DNA of 29,321 nt, taken from positions 1 through 29,321 of IMG/VR virus record IMGVR_UViG_3300009068_000135; one strand, 5' to 3'. The position numbers were made by a program, and so were the translations under genes. Positions 8,092 through 15,094 of this stretch are shown here, piece by piece. Numbering within the stretch: position 1 is the first letter of the stretch; each line of letters begins with the position of its first letter. The DNA is from a virus (lineage: Duplodnaviria; Caudoviricetes). The notes beneath the pieces were generated by a model. That model ran no database searches. It saw only the letters and a program-made list of their open reading frames with translations, and was not told the origin of the DNA.

Positions 8092-8345
8092 CACAAACCT
8101 TTCAAGAACTATTAGATTTATTATTGTCTAAACATAAAGATTACGGACCAAAGAATATATCTGAAGCACCAGGTGGTGCATTGAATGGACTCAGGGTTCG
8201 TATGCATGATAAGTTGGCTCGTATAAATAACTTATATGATAGCCAATCTAATCCTGAACACGAGTCTCTTGAAGATTCTTTCAAGGACATGGCAAACTAT
8301 GCAATCATAGGATTGCTAGTACTAAGGGGGCAATGGGACCAATGA
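7980..8345 (+). CDS. DUF1599 / nucleotide-modification-associated domain 1 (all-alpha NTP pyrophosphatase-like) protein
   Basis: KHKDYG...RMHDKLARINNL...ESLEDSFKDMANYAII; GGAGG SD. Confidence 0.8.
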   Translation: MADYNPLGKSRFPYNTGKEDGWETRSYPDSISFESAVAQTFQELLDLLLSKHKDYGPKNISEAPGGALNGLRVRMHDKLARINNLYDSQSNPEHESLEDSFKDMANYAIIGLLVLRGQWDQ

Positions 8346-8425
8346 TTGAATTAATGTTAATGATGTTTCAATTAGAACTTTTATCTTTACTATCTTTCCT
8401 TGTAACATTACTGGGAATAAATTAA
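8342..8425 (+). CDS. 27-aa hydrophobic micro-protein, not in ORF track
   Basis: ATGA overlap; MIELMLMMFQLELLSLLSFLVTLLGIN. Confidence 0.5.
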   Translation: MIELMLMMFQLELLSLLSFLVTLLGIN

Positions 8426-8434
8426 GGGGAACTA

Positions 8435-8578
8435 ATGAAAACAATAGAGGAATCAATAGATTTAACTAATCAAAAAATATATTCTTTACTACAAGAAAAT
8501 CCAGTAGAAAATCTGGAAAGTATAAAAGAACTCACACGTATTATACAGAGGTTAAGTCGTTCTAGAATGGTGGGATAA
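8435..8578 (+). CDS. 47-aa hypothetical helical protein, not in ORF track
   Basis: AGGGGA SD; MKTIEESIDLTNQKIYSLLQENPVENLESIKELTRIIQRLSRSRMVG; TAATG coupling to the next gene. Confidence 0.65.
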   Translation: MKTIEESIDLTNQKIYSLLQENPVENLESIKELTRIIQRLSRSRMVG

Positions 8579-9318
8579 TGAAGGTTATAGTCTGCGTGTC
8601 TGACTTACAGGTACCATACCACGACAGGAAGGCAGTCTCAGCGCTGTCTAATTTCATAAAGAAATATAAACCTGACGAGGTAGTATCTGTTGGGGATGAG
8701 ATGGATATGCAGACTATCTCAAAATGGAGTAAGGGTACTGACCTAGAACACGAGAAGTCTATTGCTAGAGATAGAGATGAGACTCATCGTGTGCTTGAAT
8801 CATTAAAGATTAAACATATGATTAGAAGTAATCATACAGATAGATTGTTTAATACAATTAGAATGAGAGCACCTGGTCTTGCTGGTTTACCTGAGTTAGA
8901 GTTAAAGAACTTCTTAAAACTTGATGACTTAGGTATTACATATCACGAGAGACCATATGAACTAGCACCGAATTGGTTGTTACTACATGGTGATGAAGGT
9001 AATGTGCAACCTACTGCTGGTGCTACTGCACTTGGATTAGCCAAGCGTGCTGGTATGTCCGTTGTGTGTGGTCATACGCACCGTGCTGGCTTGACACATT
9101 ACACTCAGTCATACTTTGGTGGCACACCTAAGACTATATGGGGTCTAGAGACTGGTTGTTTAATGGACTTTAAGTTCGCTAAATATATCAGAGGTGGATT
9201 GTTTACATGGCATAAAGGATTCGGTGTTTTATATGTTGATGGGAATAAGATTACCCCACAATTAGTTCCAGTTAATATGGATGGTTCATTCGTATTTGAT
9301 AAGAAGGTGTGGAAGTAA
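8578..9318 (+). CDS. Calcineurin-like metallophosphoesterase
   Basis: SDLQ, GDEMD, SNH, HGD, GHTH motifs. Confidence 0.9.
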   Translation: MKVIVCVSDLQVPYHDRKAVSALSNFIKKYKPDEVVSVGDEMDMQTISKWSKGTDLEHEKSIARDRDETHRVLESLKIKHMIRSNHTDRLFNTIRMRAPGLAGLPELELKNFLKLDDLGITYHERPYELAPNWLLLHGDEGNVQPTAGATALGLAKRAGMSVVCGHTHRAGLTHYTQSYFGGTPKTIWGLETGCLMDFKFAKYIRGGLFTWHKGFGVLYVDGNKITPQLVPVNMDGSFVFDKKVWK

Positions 9319-10029
9319 TTGGATTGGAATAGTATTGAGAAGTGGGATTACATTGTAACAGCGGTTGCATCGGACTATCATAGGAAGTTTAGTATGGTAG
9401 AACGAGAAGATATAAAGCAATCGCTGTACCAATGGTTTGCTGAGCACCCAAACAAACTTAAAGATTGGGAAGCAATAGGGGATAAGGATGCAAAGAACTT
9501 AATCTATCGTTCACTTCGCAACCAAGCATTAGATTACTGTCAGAGATGGAAGGCTAAGAGCCTTGGCTACGACATGTCTGACTTACATTATTATGATTCT
9601 GAAATTATAGAAGCATTACTACCACCCGTATTGCGTGGTGAGTATGGTGTTACACACAAATTAAATCTTGGATTTACTGGTAAGCCATCTGCCCCTGCCG
9701 AAGGTGGCAACCTAACTATTATGATGTTAGAGATTGACTCAGGCTACTGGAAGTTAAACAAAGAAGATAGAAATATTATATCTTTACGCTTCGCAGAGAA
9801 CCTAGACTTCGGCGAGATGGCAAACATACTAGAACTTGGTACTGATAGTGCCGCACGAATGAGACTTAAGCGTTCCATTAGTAGGCTGATAAATAAAATA
9901 GGTGGGTATAAACCTTTCCGTGATATAGATTCACCCGATAAAAACGAGAGTGAAGAAGATAATATAGAACAAACTGACATACATTCCGATACAGATAAGG
10001 GGAATAAGAACGGGAGCGATGAAGAATAA
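9319..10029 (+). CDS. Phage RNA polymerase sigma factor (sigma70/ECF-like)
   Basis: Region 2-like EREDIKQ...RNQALDY and region 4 HTH LNKEDRNIISLRF...FGEMANILEL...RLKRSISRL. Confidence 0.8.
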   Translation: MDWNSIEKWDYIVTAVASDYHRKFSMVEREDIKQSLYQWFAEHPNKLKDWEAIGDKDAKNLIYRSLRNQALDYCQRWKAKSLGYDMSDLHYYDSEIIEALLPPVLRGEYGVTHKLNLGFTGKPSAPAEGGNLTIMMLEIDSGYWKLNKEDRNIISLRFAENLDFGEMANILELGTDSAARMRLKRSISRLINKIGGYKPFRDIDSPDKNESEEDNIEQTDIHSDTDKGNKNGSDEE

Positions 10030-10053
10030 AAATCTAAATAGAATATTACTCAT
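9931..10053 (-). CDS. 40-aa hydrophobic membrane peptide antisense to the sigma 3' end, not in ORF track
   Basis: GGGAGG SD and TGATG coupling to the FmdB gene; MSNILFRFLFFIAPVLIPLICIGMYVSLFYIIFFTLVFIG. Confidence 0.55.
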   Translation of the reverse strand: MSNILFRFLFFIAPVLIPLICIGMYVSLFYIIFFTLVFIG

Positions 10054-10229
10054 CACCCTCCCGTTGAATAGAACCCAGTCCCCTTGAAATGAACTGGGTT
10101 TGCTTGATACTCTCTAATCATTTCTCTATTACATTGCGGACACTCGGCTAAGTCATCTCGTTCATCAACGCTACGACTTAGTTCTAGTAGTGTCTTATCG
10201 TCTTGACATCTGTAAGAATAGGTAGGCAT
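10053..10229 (-). CDS. FmdB-family zinc-ribbon protein (58 aa), not in ORF track
   Basis: MPTYSYRC...CPQC...VHFKGTGFYSTGG. Confidence 0.85.
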   Translation of the reverse strand: MPTYSYRCQDDKTLLELSRSVDERDDLAECPQCNREMIREYQANPVHFKGTGFYSTGG

Positions 10230-10342
10230 TACTTATCCTTATGGGCAATTGTTATCTTACCCCAGCGTTTACTTGTGCTCATATAGTTTTTCTTAAACTT
10301 AGAGCGTTTCCATTTTTTTAATGGCTTTATTACTGATGGCAT
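10229..10342 (-). CDS. 37-aa highly basic peptide, not in ORF track
   Basis: MPSVIKPLKKWKRSKFKKNYMSTSKRWGKITIAHKDK; TAATG coupling at both ends. Confidence 0.65.
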   Translation of the reverse strand: MPSVIKPLKKWKRSKFKKNYMSTSKRWGKITIAHKDK

Positions 10343-10521
10343 TAACCTATCTTCTTTGCTTTCGGATTCCAACCAGAGTACAACCAGCCTAGTGAAGTAC
10401 CAGAGTAATCTATTTTATTATACTCTTGTCTAAACATTTCAATGGCTTCTTCTTTTGTATCTGTTTCGAATTCACCTACTGTTTTAAGTGATATCTTAGT
10501 TCTTACTTCATATATTGGCAT
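10342..10521 (-). CDS. 59-aa hypothetical protein, not in ORF track
   Basis: MPIYEVRTKISLKTVGEFETDTKEEAIEMF...; GAGGA SD; TAATG coupling at both ends. Confidence 0.7.
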   Translation of the reverse strand: MPIYEVRTKISLKTVGEFETDTKEEAIEMFRQEYNKIDYSGTSLGWLYSGWNPKAKKIG

Positions 10522-10745
10522 TACATTTCCTCATCTTCTGGTGTTGGTGCTGTTGCAAGAGTGCCACATAGAGCGCACTCCATATCTATGAAATACATAT
10601 CTATCTCGCCAGTCTCGTCATCAAACACAGTCTTTACATTCCATATGTTACAACCACAAGGACACACAGTAGTGGCTCTACCGCGTATGTCCATCGCTGA
10701 TTTGTAATCAGGTTTAAGTTGTGTGATATGCTTCGGCTCGTCGAT
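10521..10745 (-). CDS. Small Zn-ribbon protein (CPCGC...CALCG); start at ATC 10745 or ATG 10694
   Basis: (I)DEPKHITQLKPDYKSAMDIRGRATTVCPCGCNIWNV...MECALCGTLATAPTPEDEEM. Confidence 0.7.
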   Translation of the reverse strand: MDEPKHITQLKPDYKSAMDIRGRATTVCPCGCNIWNVKTVFDDETGEIDMYFIDMECALCGTLATAPTPEDEEM

Positions 10746-11149
10746 TAGTAGTATCCTTTCTTATTAAAGAACTTCCACGCTTGGCAAGGTGTGTGATACC
10801 TGTTATAGATATAAGATAATCCTCTATCTATTTGCTTAGGCGCAGGAGTTTTGGGGTCAAGCCCTAATAACTGTGGAATACCTCCAGCATTTTTACCCAT
10901 AACTTTTACTTTGTTGTATGCGTTGGGTCTCCAATTGCTTTCTTTAGTCCACAGTTTATTAAGGCAAGACCATTCTTTGTACTGCCACTCGTATAGTTTA
11001 TCCTGAGCATAGGCTTTACTATCCATTACTGTCCAACCTTCGGCTACATCTCCGTGAGATGGCTTTAGTTCATCAGTTGAAGTAGCAAGCCTGATACCTA
11101 AGATAAGTATTAGCCCCGCGCTAAGTGACAATACAAATATTCTTCTCAA
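10745..11149 (-). CDS. Exported lytic transglycosylase (actinobacterial SLT/Rpf-like lysozyme fold)
   Basis: N-terminal signal/TM; CLNKLWTKESNW (catalytic Glu), GIPQ, QIDRGLSYIYNRY, PCQAW...GYY. Confidence 0.85.
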   Translation of the reverse strand: MRRIFVLSLSAGLILILGIRLATSTDELKPSHGDVAEGWTVMDSKAYAQDKLYEWQYKEWSCLNKLWTKESNWRPNAYNKVKVMGKNAGGIPQLLGLDPKTPAPKQIDRGLSYIYNRYHTPCQAWKFFNKKGYY

Positions 11150-11150
11150 G

Positions 11151-11333
11151 TTAAACCTCTTCCGCTATTACATCTGCCCCTGTTGGCGCATCAAACTCAG
11201 ACACTTCCCATTCTCTGTATGGTGCGTCTATGGCTAACTCTATTGCCCTGTCTATATCATACTCTGATATATGGTAGACTAAGGTAGCCGTAGTCTTGAT
11301 GGTAATCTTATAGTTAGTCAAGTTCATTATCAA
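11151..11333 (-). CDS. Hypothetical protein
   Basis: ORF packed in the operon; start TTG 11333 or ATG 11327. Confidence 0.6.
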   Translation of the reverse strand: MIMNLTNYKITIKTTATLVYHISEYDIDRAIELAIDAPYREWEVSEFDAPTGADVIAEEV

Positions 11334-11487
11334 ACAACCCTTCTACATTGGTGTCACTAAAGAACTCTTCGTAGGTGATATAGACAAGGTCATCTAATTC
11401 TCTGATAAGAAAACTTATCTTATCACTATCCCAACCCTTTACCATATCAGCAGTAATAACTCCCTGCCAAACTACATCGTTATCCAT
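11314..11487 (-). CDS. 57-aa acidic protein, not in ORF track
   Basis: GAGGGG SD; MDNDVVWQGVITADMVKGWDSDKISFLIRELDDLVYITYEEFFSDTNVEGLFDNELD. Confidence 0.7.
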   Translation of the reverse strand: MDNDVVWQGVITADMVKGWDSDKISFLIRELDDLVYITYEEFFSDTNVEGLFDNELD

Positions 11488-11896
11488 TATATCCCCTCTC
11501 TTTTATAGTGCGTCTGACCTTATGGGCAAACGATACCTTCTGCTTGACAAGAGAGTTCTTTGTAACTCTGCCCATCATAGCCAATCTTTCACCTGCCATA
11601 GTGCCACCATATATACCGAAGTATAGTTGCTGACCATGCTTGCCTAGTTCTAGGCAGTCATCTTTAGCAGGACAATTCTTACATACAGATAGTGCTTTGA
11701 TAGCCTTATCTACTTCTAGTTTAGTTGCTTGTGAACTACCATTAACAGAACTATTAGGGTCAGTTATGTCTACTTCACCAGCGAACCACATATCAGGGTC
11801 ATCACTTCCAACGCATAACCCCTTGCTTAAATCTAAGTCTGTGTCATCAAACTTATAATCGAATACAGTATATGGTTTTTTAGTTATGTATTCCAT
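11480..11896 (-). CDS. whiB: WhiB-family (Wbl) Fe-S transcription factor
   Basis: C...DPDMWF...CKNCPAKDDC...GIYGG...ER: four Cys and the G-turn motif. Confidence 0.9.
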   Translation of the reverse strand: MEYITKKPYTVFDYKFDDTDLDLSKGLCVGSDDPDMWFAGEVDITDPNSSVNGSSQATKLEVDKAIKALSVCKNCPAKDDCLELGKHGQQLYFGIYGGTMAGERLAMMGRVTKNSLVKQKVSFAHKVRRTIKERGYNG

Positions 11897-12047
11897 AGTT
11901 CCATAATATACCTTGTAATGCTACGCTTAGTTCTGTTGTTAACTCTTTTACCTGCTCATCACTTAGGTCAGCAACATCAGACTTTTTTAATGACGCTTCC
12001 CATAACATAATGTCCTTGTAAAATCTGCGGTCTGTTCTTACTTCCAT
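11880..12047 (-). CDS. 55-aa hypothetical protein
   Basis: Start at ATG 12047 after GAGAGGA; the longer track start runs through a hairpin. Confidence 0.7.
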   Translation of the reverse strand: MEVRTDRRFYKDIMLWEASLKKSDVADLSDEQVKELTTELSVALQGILWNYGIHN

Positions 12048-12109
12048 TGTAGTTCCTCTCTGTGTTGGTGTAGGTGGGGCGGTTACCCCACCCACAATTA
12101 ACTAGTTTA

Positions 12110-12397
12110 TTATGGGCGGAATACTACTGAAGTATAACCTTCTAGGCGTGAGTGCTTGGCGATTAAGCCCTTCTCACCAGTCAAGTGTTTATACTTGCCA
12201 TTACCTAGTGATACCCATACGGACTTAGGCTTGAACCTAGTCTGTGTTGGTAGTGCTTTAAGTATAGTTCCCTTAGGCTCATAGCCATTAACACTAGCCA
12301 CATCAAACTGAACTGTTGCCAGTTCGTTTGCTAAGTCAGCAAGTGTTAGTGATATACTAGCCAAGTAATCCTCTACTTGTGTTGTCGTGGTTGACAT
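12110..12397 (-). CDS. Hypothetical protein
   Basis: GAAAGG SD; 95 aa. Confidence 0.7.
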   Translation of the reverse strand: MSTTTTQVEDYLASISLTLADLANELATVQFDVASVNGYEPKGTILKALPTQTRFKPKSVWVSLGNGKYKHLTGEKGLIAKHSRLEGYTSVVFRP

Positions 12398-12467
12398 TGT
12401 ATTACCTTTCGTTATTATCTACTTGGTAATTTACCAAGCATATGATAGTGATTACTCACTACCAATT

Positions 12468-13319
12468 CTAGAAGTCAAGTGGCTCTTTACTATACCACTT
12501 CTCATTTATAAATCCATACTCATCTCTAAGCATATCTTTAGACTTAGGGTTGTAGCATAGGCAGTCTAAGAACTGTGCGCTACAATCAAAGCAACACTCA
12601 CACATCAAGCAGTAGAGTTCACTCTCCCATAGGTCTATCAAAGCCTCACAATTAGGACACTCAAACTTGTTATCCTCATAGTCAGTAGGTTGGAAGTGTC
12701 TATCTGCTACTACTATATCATACACACTAGGTTCGTCGGCATAGGTAATGGTAGGCGTAGGCTTGTATGAAGTATTACTCCACCATATACCATTGTCGTC
12801 CCAACTACCAGCACTCTCGTTGATAATATAAATCTTATACTGTGCGCTAGGGTCATTGGTCATAACTGCTATCTTACTACCACTAGCCCATGAACCTATC
12901 ATATCATATAGATAATCATCATCTAACGCAGACACACCACCTAATCGTGGCAGTAATTCCTCTGCCATAATTCTAGTATCGCTACGCTTATCATCTTTAG
13001 GTATTAGAATATCTAGCATACCATTATGTGCTAAGTAAGTATCGTGCTCACCTGCTAACCTAAACGGGTGGCAATTAAGTTCGTTCTTAACTCCATGAGT
13101 AGCATACCTAGCGTGCCACATAGCGTAGCCATTGGGATACTGCTCTCTAAGTTCTAAGAACCTGCTGATAGACTTCTTAGCGGACATACTGCGCTCAGAT
13201 ATAATACCACTACCAGTATCTATAGCGAACCCAAATCCATGTGGGTTCTTACAAGCACCAGTAGTAAGTTCATCTTTACTCGGTGTGGAATTAGGATTAC
13301 ACACCACTAGCAAACACAT
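12468..13319 (-). CDS. Class II (Ntn) glutamine amidotransferase with Cys-rich C-terminus
   Basis: M-C N-terminal nucleophile, NPHGFG, HARYATHG, NCHPF, AHNG, SDT. Confidence 0.9.
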   Translation of the reverse strand: MCLLVVCNPNSTPSKDELTTGACKNPHGFGFAIDTGSGIISERSMSAKKSISRFLELREQYPNGYAMWHARYATHGVKNELNCHPFRLAGEHDTYLAHNGMLDILIPKDDKRSDTRIMAEELLPRLGGVSALDDDYLYDMIGSWASGSKIAVMTNDPSAQYKIYIINESAGSWDDNGIWWSNTSYKPTPTITYADEPSVYDIVVADRHFQPTDYEDNKFECPNCEALIDLWESELYCLMCECCFDCSAQFLDCLCYNPKSKDMLRDEYGFINEKWYSKEPLDF

Positions 13320-13330
13320 ATCTTACCCCC

Positions 13331-14524
13331 TTACGCATTGACTAACTCTTTACTATCTACTACTAACTTATCCACTCTACTCATACGCATATAGAGTTCA
13401 GGATACATACCATTATTGGCTTGTATCCAGTCAGAGAACCACTCCCAACTTAGCGCACCCATCTTTACATCAGATAGGGTTAAGTCCCTTGTGTATTCTA
13501 CTGTAGCATGTGCTAATTGTATAGCACTAAGAACACCACTAGGGTTCATAGTTCCTCTAAAGAACCTGAGTTCTAGTGTGTTCTCGTTCTGCGTATTCAC
13601 CGCAGAATATCTCTCGGTCATACTGTTGCTAGGGTGAGCAACCTTGTGCGCTAGTGTAAAGTATGGTCTATCGAACTCATCATACATATACACATCATTA
13701 AACTTAGCATAGGTGGACTTGCGACCACCTAACTTCATCATCTTATCAGAGTTCTTATAGATAAGAGATAAGAACCTATGTGTATGCGCCCCACTCTTAA
13801 AGCCCTTACGACTTATATGAATATGAAGTCCGCAACTCTTAGCGTCCCAACTCCTAGCATTGTGAACTCTCTTTAGATAATCTAAGGTAGTCCATAAGTT
13901 CCTATTGTTAGTAAAGTATTCTAGTGTAGCGGGGTGGGATACCATCTCGAACCCCTTGTATCCGCCACTATTTATACTGCTATCCTCTTTAAGATAGACG
14001 AAGTCGCCCATCATCTCCATAATATATTCTGAACTATCTACTAGTTCACCATCTCTAATCTCCATCTCTAATTCTATACCAAAGTGTAGGTTATTCTTAT
14101 CCTCACCATAGAAGTGTGGCACAGGCTTGTAAGAGTATGGATAAACTTGTCCACCACTCTCACAACTACCGCAACTATCTCGGTTATACACTTCACAACT
14201 ATTGCACCAAATAGCATTATCAGAGCAACACCCATCACACCAATAAGAACCAATATCCTCTAAGTGATAACTACTTTCGTTATCTGAGTAGGTGCTTTCG
14301 CAACTCTCACACCAAAATGTATAGTTATCGGCACATCTTTCACAATACATACCGACACCCTCTACATGCCTAGACCCATCTTCCCACCCATATTCCTCAC
14401 ATCTTTCACAATAAATACGGCAGTCAGAGCATAGCATATCACCATTAGGGGTGGTGGCTAACTCATCAGGTCTATAATCACTAGAGCAATTAGCACATGC
14501 TAGCAACTCTACTTCATCAGACAT
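13331..14524 (-). CDS. Amidoligase (COOH-NH2 ligase, GS/GCS fold) with N-terminal CxxC repeats
   Basis: FGIELEME, EDSSI, FEMVSHP, CGLHIHIS, RYSAVN, TLELRFFRGT; eight CxxC motifs. Confidence 0.88.
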   Translation of the reverse strand: MSDEVELLACANCSSDYRPDELATTPNGDMLCSDCRIYCERCEEYGWEDGSRHVEGVGMYCERCADNYTFWCESCESTYSDNESSYHLEDIGSYWCDGCCSDNAIWCNSCEVYNRDSCGSCESGGQVYPYSYKPVPHFYGEDKNNLHFGIELEMEIRDGELVDSSEYIMEMMGDFVYLKEDSSINSGGYKGFEMVSHPATLEYFTNNRNLWTTLDYLKRVHNARSWDAKSCGLHIHISRKGFKSGAHTHRFLSLIYKNSDKMMKLGGRKSTYAKFNDVYMYDEFDRPYFTLAHKVAHPSNSMTERYSAVNTQNENTLELRFFRGTMNPSGVLSAIQLAHATVEYTRDLTLSDVKMGALSWEWFSDWIQANNGMYPELYMRMSRVDKLVVDSKELVNA

Positions 14525-14525
14525 A

Positions 14526-14705
14526 TCAACTCCTTACTTTACCTGACACTTCGATTATTATATCACTAATCTTATTCTTTAGCAAATCGGTGGTGATAGC
14601 CATACCCTTAAAGTCGCCTCTATCATACCAATTTGCTTGCGTTCTAAGAGAAGTTCTAATAAGTTCTAGTTCATCTCTAGTAAGTTCTATCACTATACCT
14701 TCCAT
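14526..14705 (-). CDS. 59-aa hypothetical protein, not in ORF track
   Basis: MEGIVIELTRDELELIRTSLRTQANWYDRGDFKGMAITTDLLKNKISDIIIEVSGKVRS. Confidence 0.7.
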   Translation of the reverse strand: MEGIVIELTRDELELIRTSLRTQANWYDRGDFKGMAITTDLLKNKISDIIIEVSGKVRS

Positions 14706-14706
14706 A

Positions 14707-14856
14707 CTATCTGCGTTCTCTGAATAACTTGATACTTCTTAGGGTGATACCAATTACCAGTAATAGAATTAGTGTTCTATGTGGTAAATATAAATCACCT
14801 AAGTAGGTCATTAGATAGGTGGAATTACCATCTATCTCTAGGTTAATTATATCCAT
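14707..14856 (-). CDS. 49-aa protein with C-terminal TM segment and basic tail, not in ORF track
   Basis: AAGGAG SD; MDIINLEIDGNSTYLMTYLGDLYLPHRTLILLLVIGITLRSIKLFRERR. Confidence 0.65.
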   Translation of the reverse strand: MDIINLEIDGNSTYLMTYLGDLYLPHRTLILLLVIGITLRSIKLFRERR

Positions 14857-14858
14857 CT

Positions 14859-14966
14859 TTACTCCTTGTCCTTGTCGCAAGTGTGAAGGATAATCGCTAT
14901 ATCAGAGTATAGTTTAGCACCACACTCCACGCAAGTTTTATCATACACTTTAGTATAATAACCCAT
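14859..14966 (-). CDS. 35-aa CxxC...HxC zinc-finger micro-protein, not in ORF track
   Basis: AAGGAG SD; MGYYTKVYDKTCVECGAKLYSDIAIILHTCDKDKE. Confidence 0.65.
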   Translation of the reverse strand: MGYYTKVYDKTCVECGAKLYSDIAIILHTCDKDKE

Positions 14967-14987
14967 ATTCACTCCTTGTTATACCTA

Positions 14988-15016
14988 AGTATAGCATACT
15001 CAGGGCTATAAGTCAA
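14988..15016 (-). promoter_or_regulatory. Near-consensus sigma70/SigA promoter (P3)
   Basis: TTGACT-17 nt-TATACT with TG extension; inverted repeat ATAAGTCA-N5-TGACTTAT (15008-15028) overlaps the -35. Confidence 0.8.
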
Positions 15017-15032
15017 GTTCTGACTTATGGCG

Positions 15033-15083
15033 TGTCCTAGTGGGGTATCGAACCCCATGCACACCCGACCTACGGGCTAGGAC
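15033..15083 (-). ncRNA. tRNA-like mini RNA (7-bp acceptor stem, one small hairpin, canonical T arm)
   Basis: GTCCTAG-[CCCG TAGGT CGGG]-TGTGCA-[TGGGG TTCGATA CCCCA]-CTAGGAC-A on the - strand. Confidence 0.6.
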
Positions 15084-15094
15084 TATCTAACTAA

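Noticed and set aside
9744-9980. 78-aa antisense ORF in the sigma gene
   Set aside because: No SD or coupling; the better-supported antisense ORF is 9931-10053 in another frame.
13368-13376. DnaA-box-like TTATCCACT
   Set aside because: One mismatch and inside coding sequence; expected by chance.
15033-15083. Functional decoding tRNA gene
   Set aside because: Only 19 nt between the acceptor and T arms, no anticodon arm, and CCA is not adjacent to the discriminator; kept as tRNA-like only.
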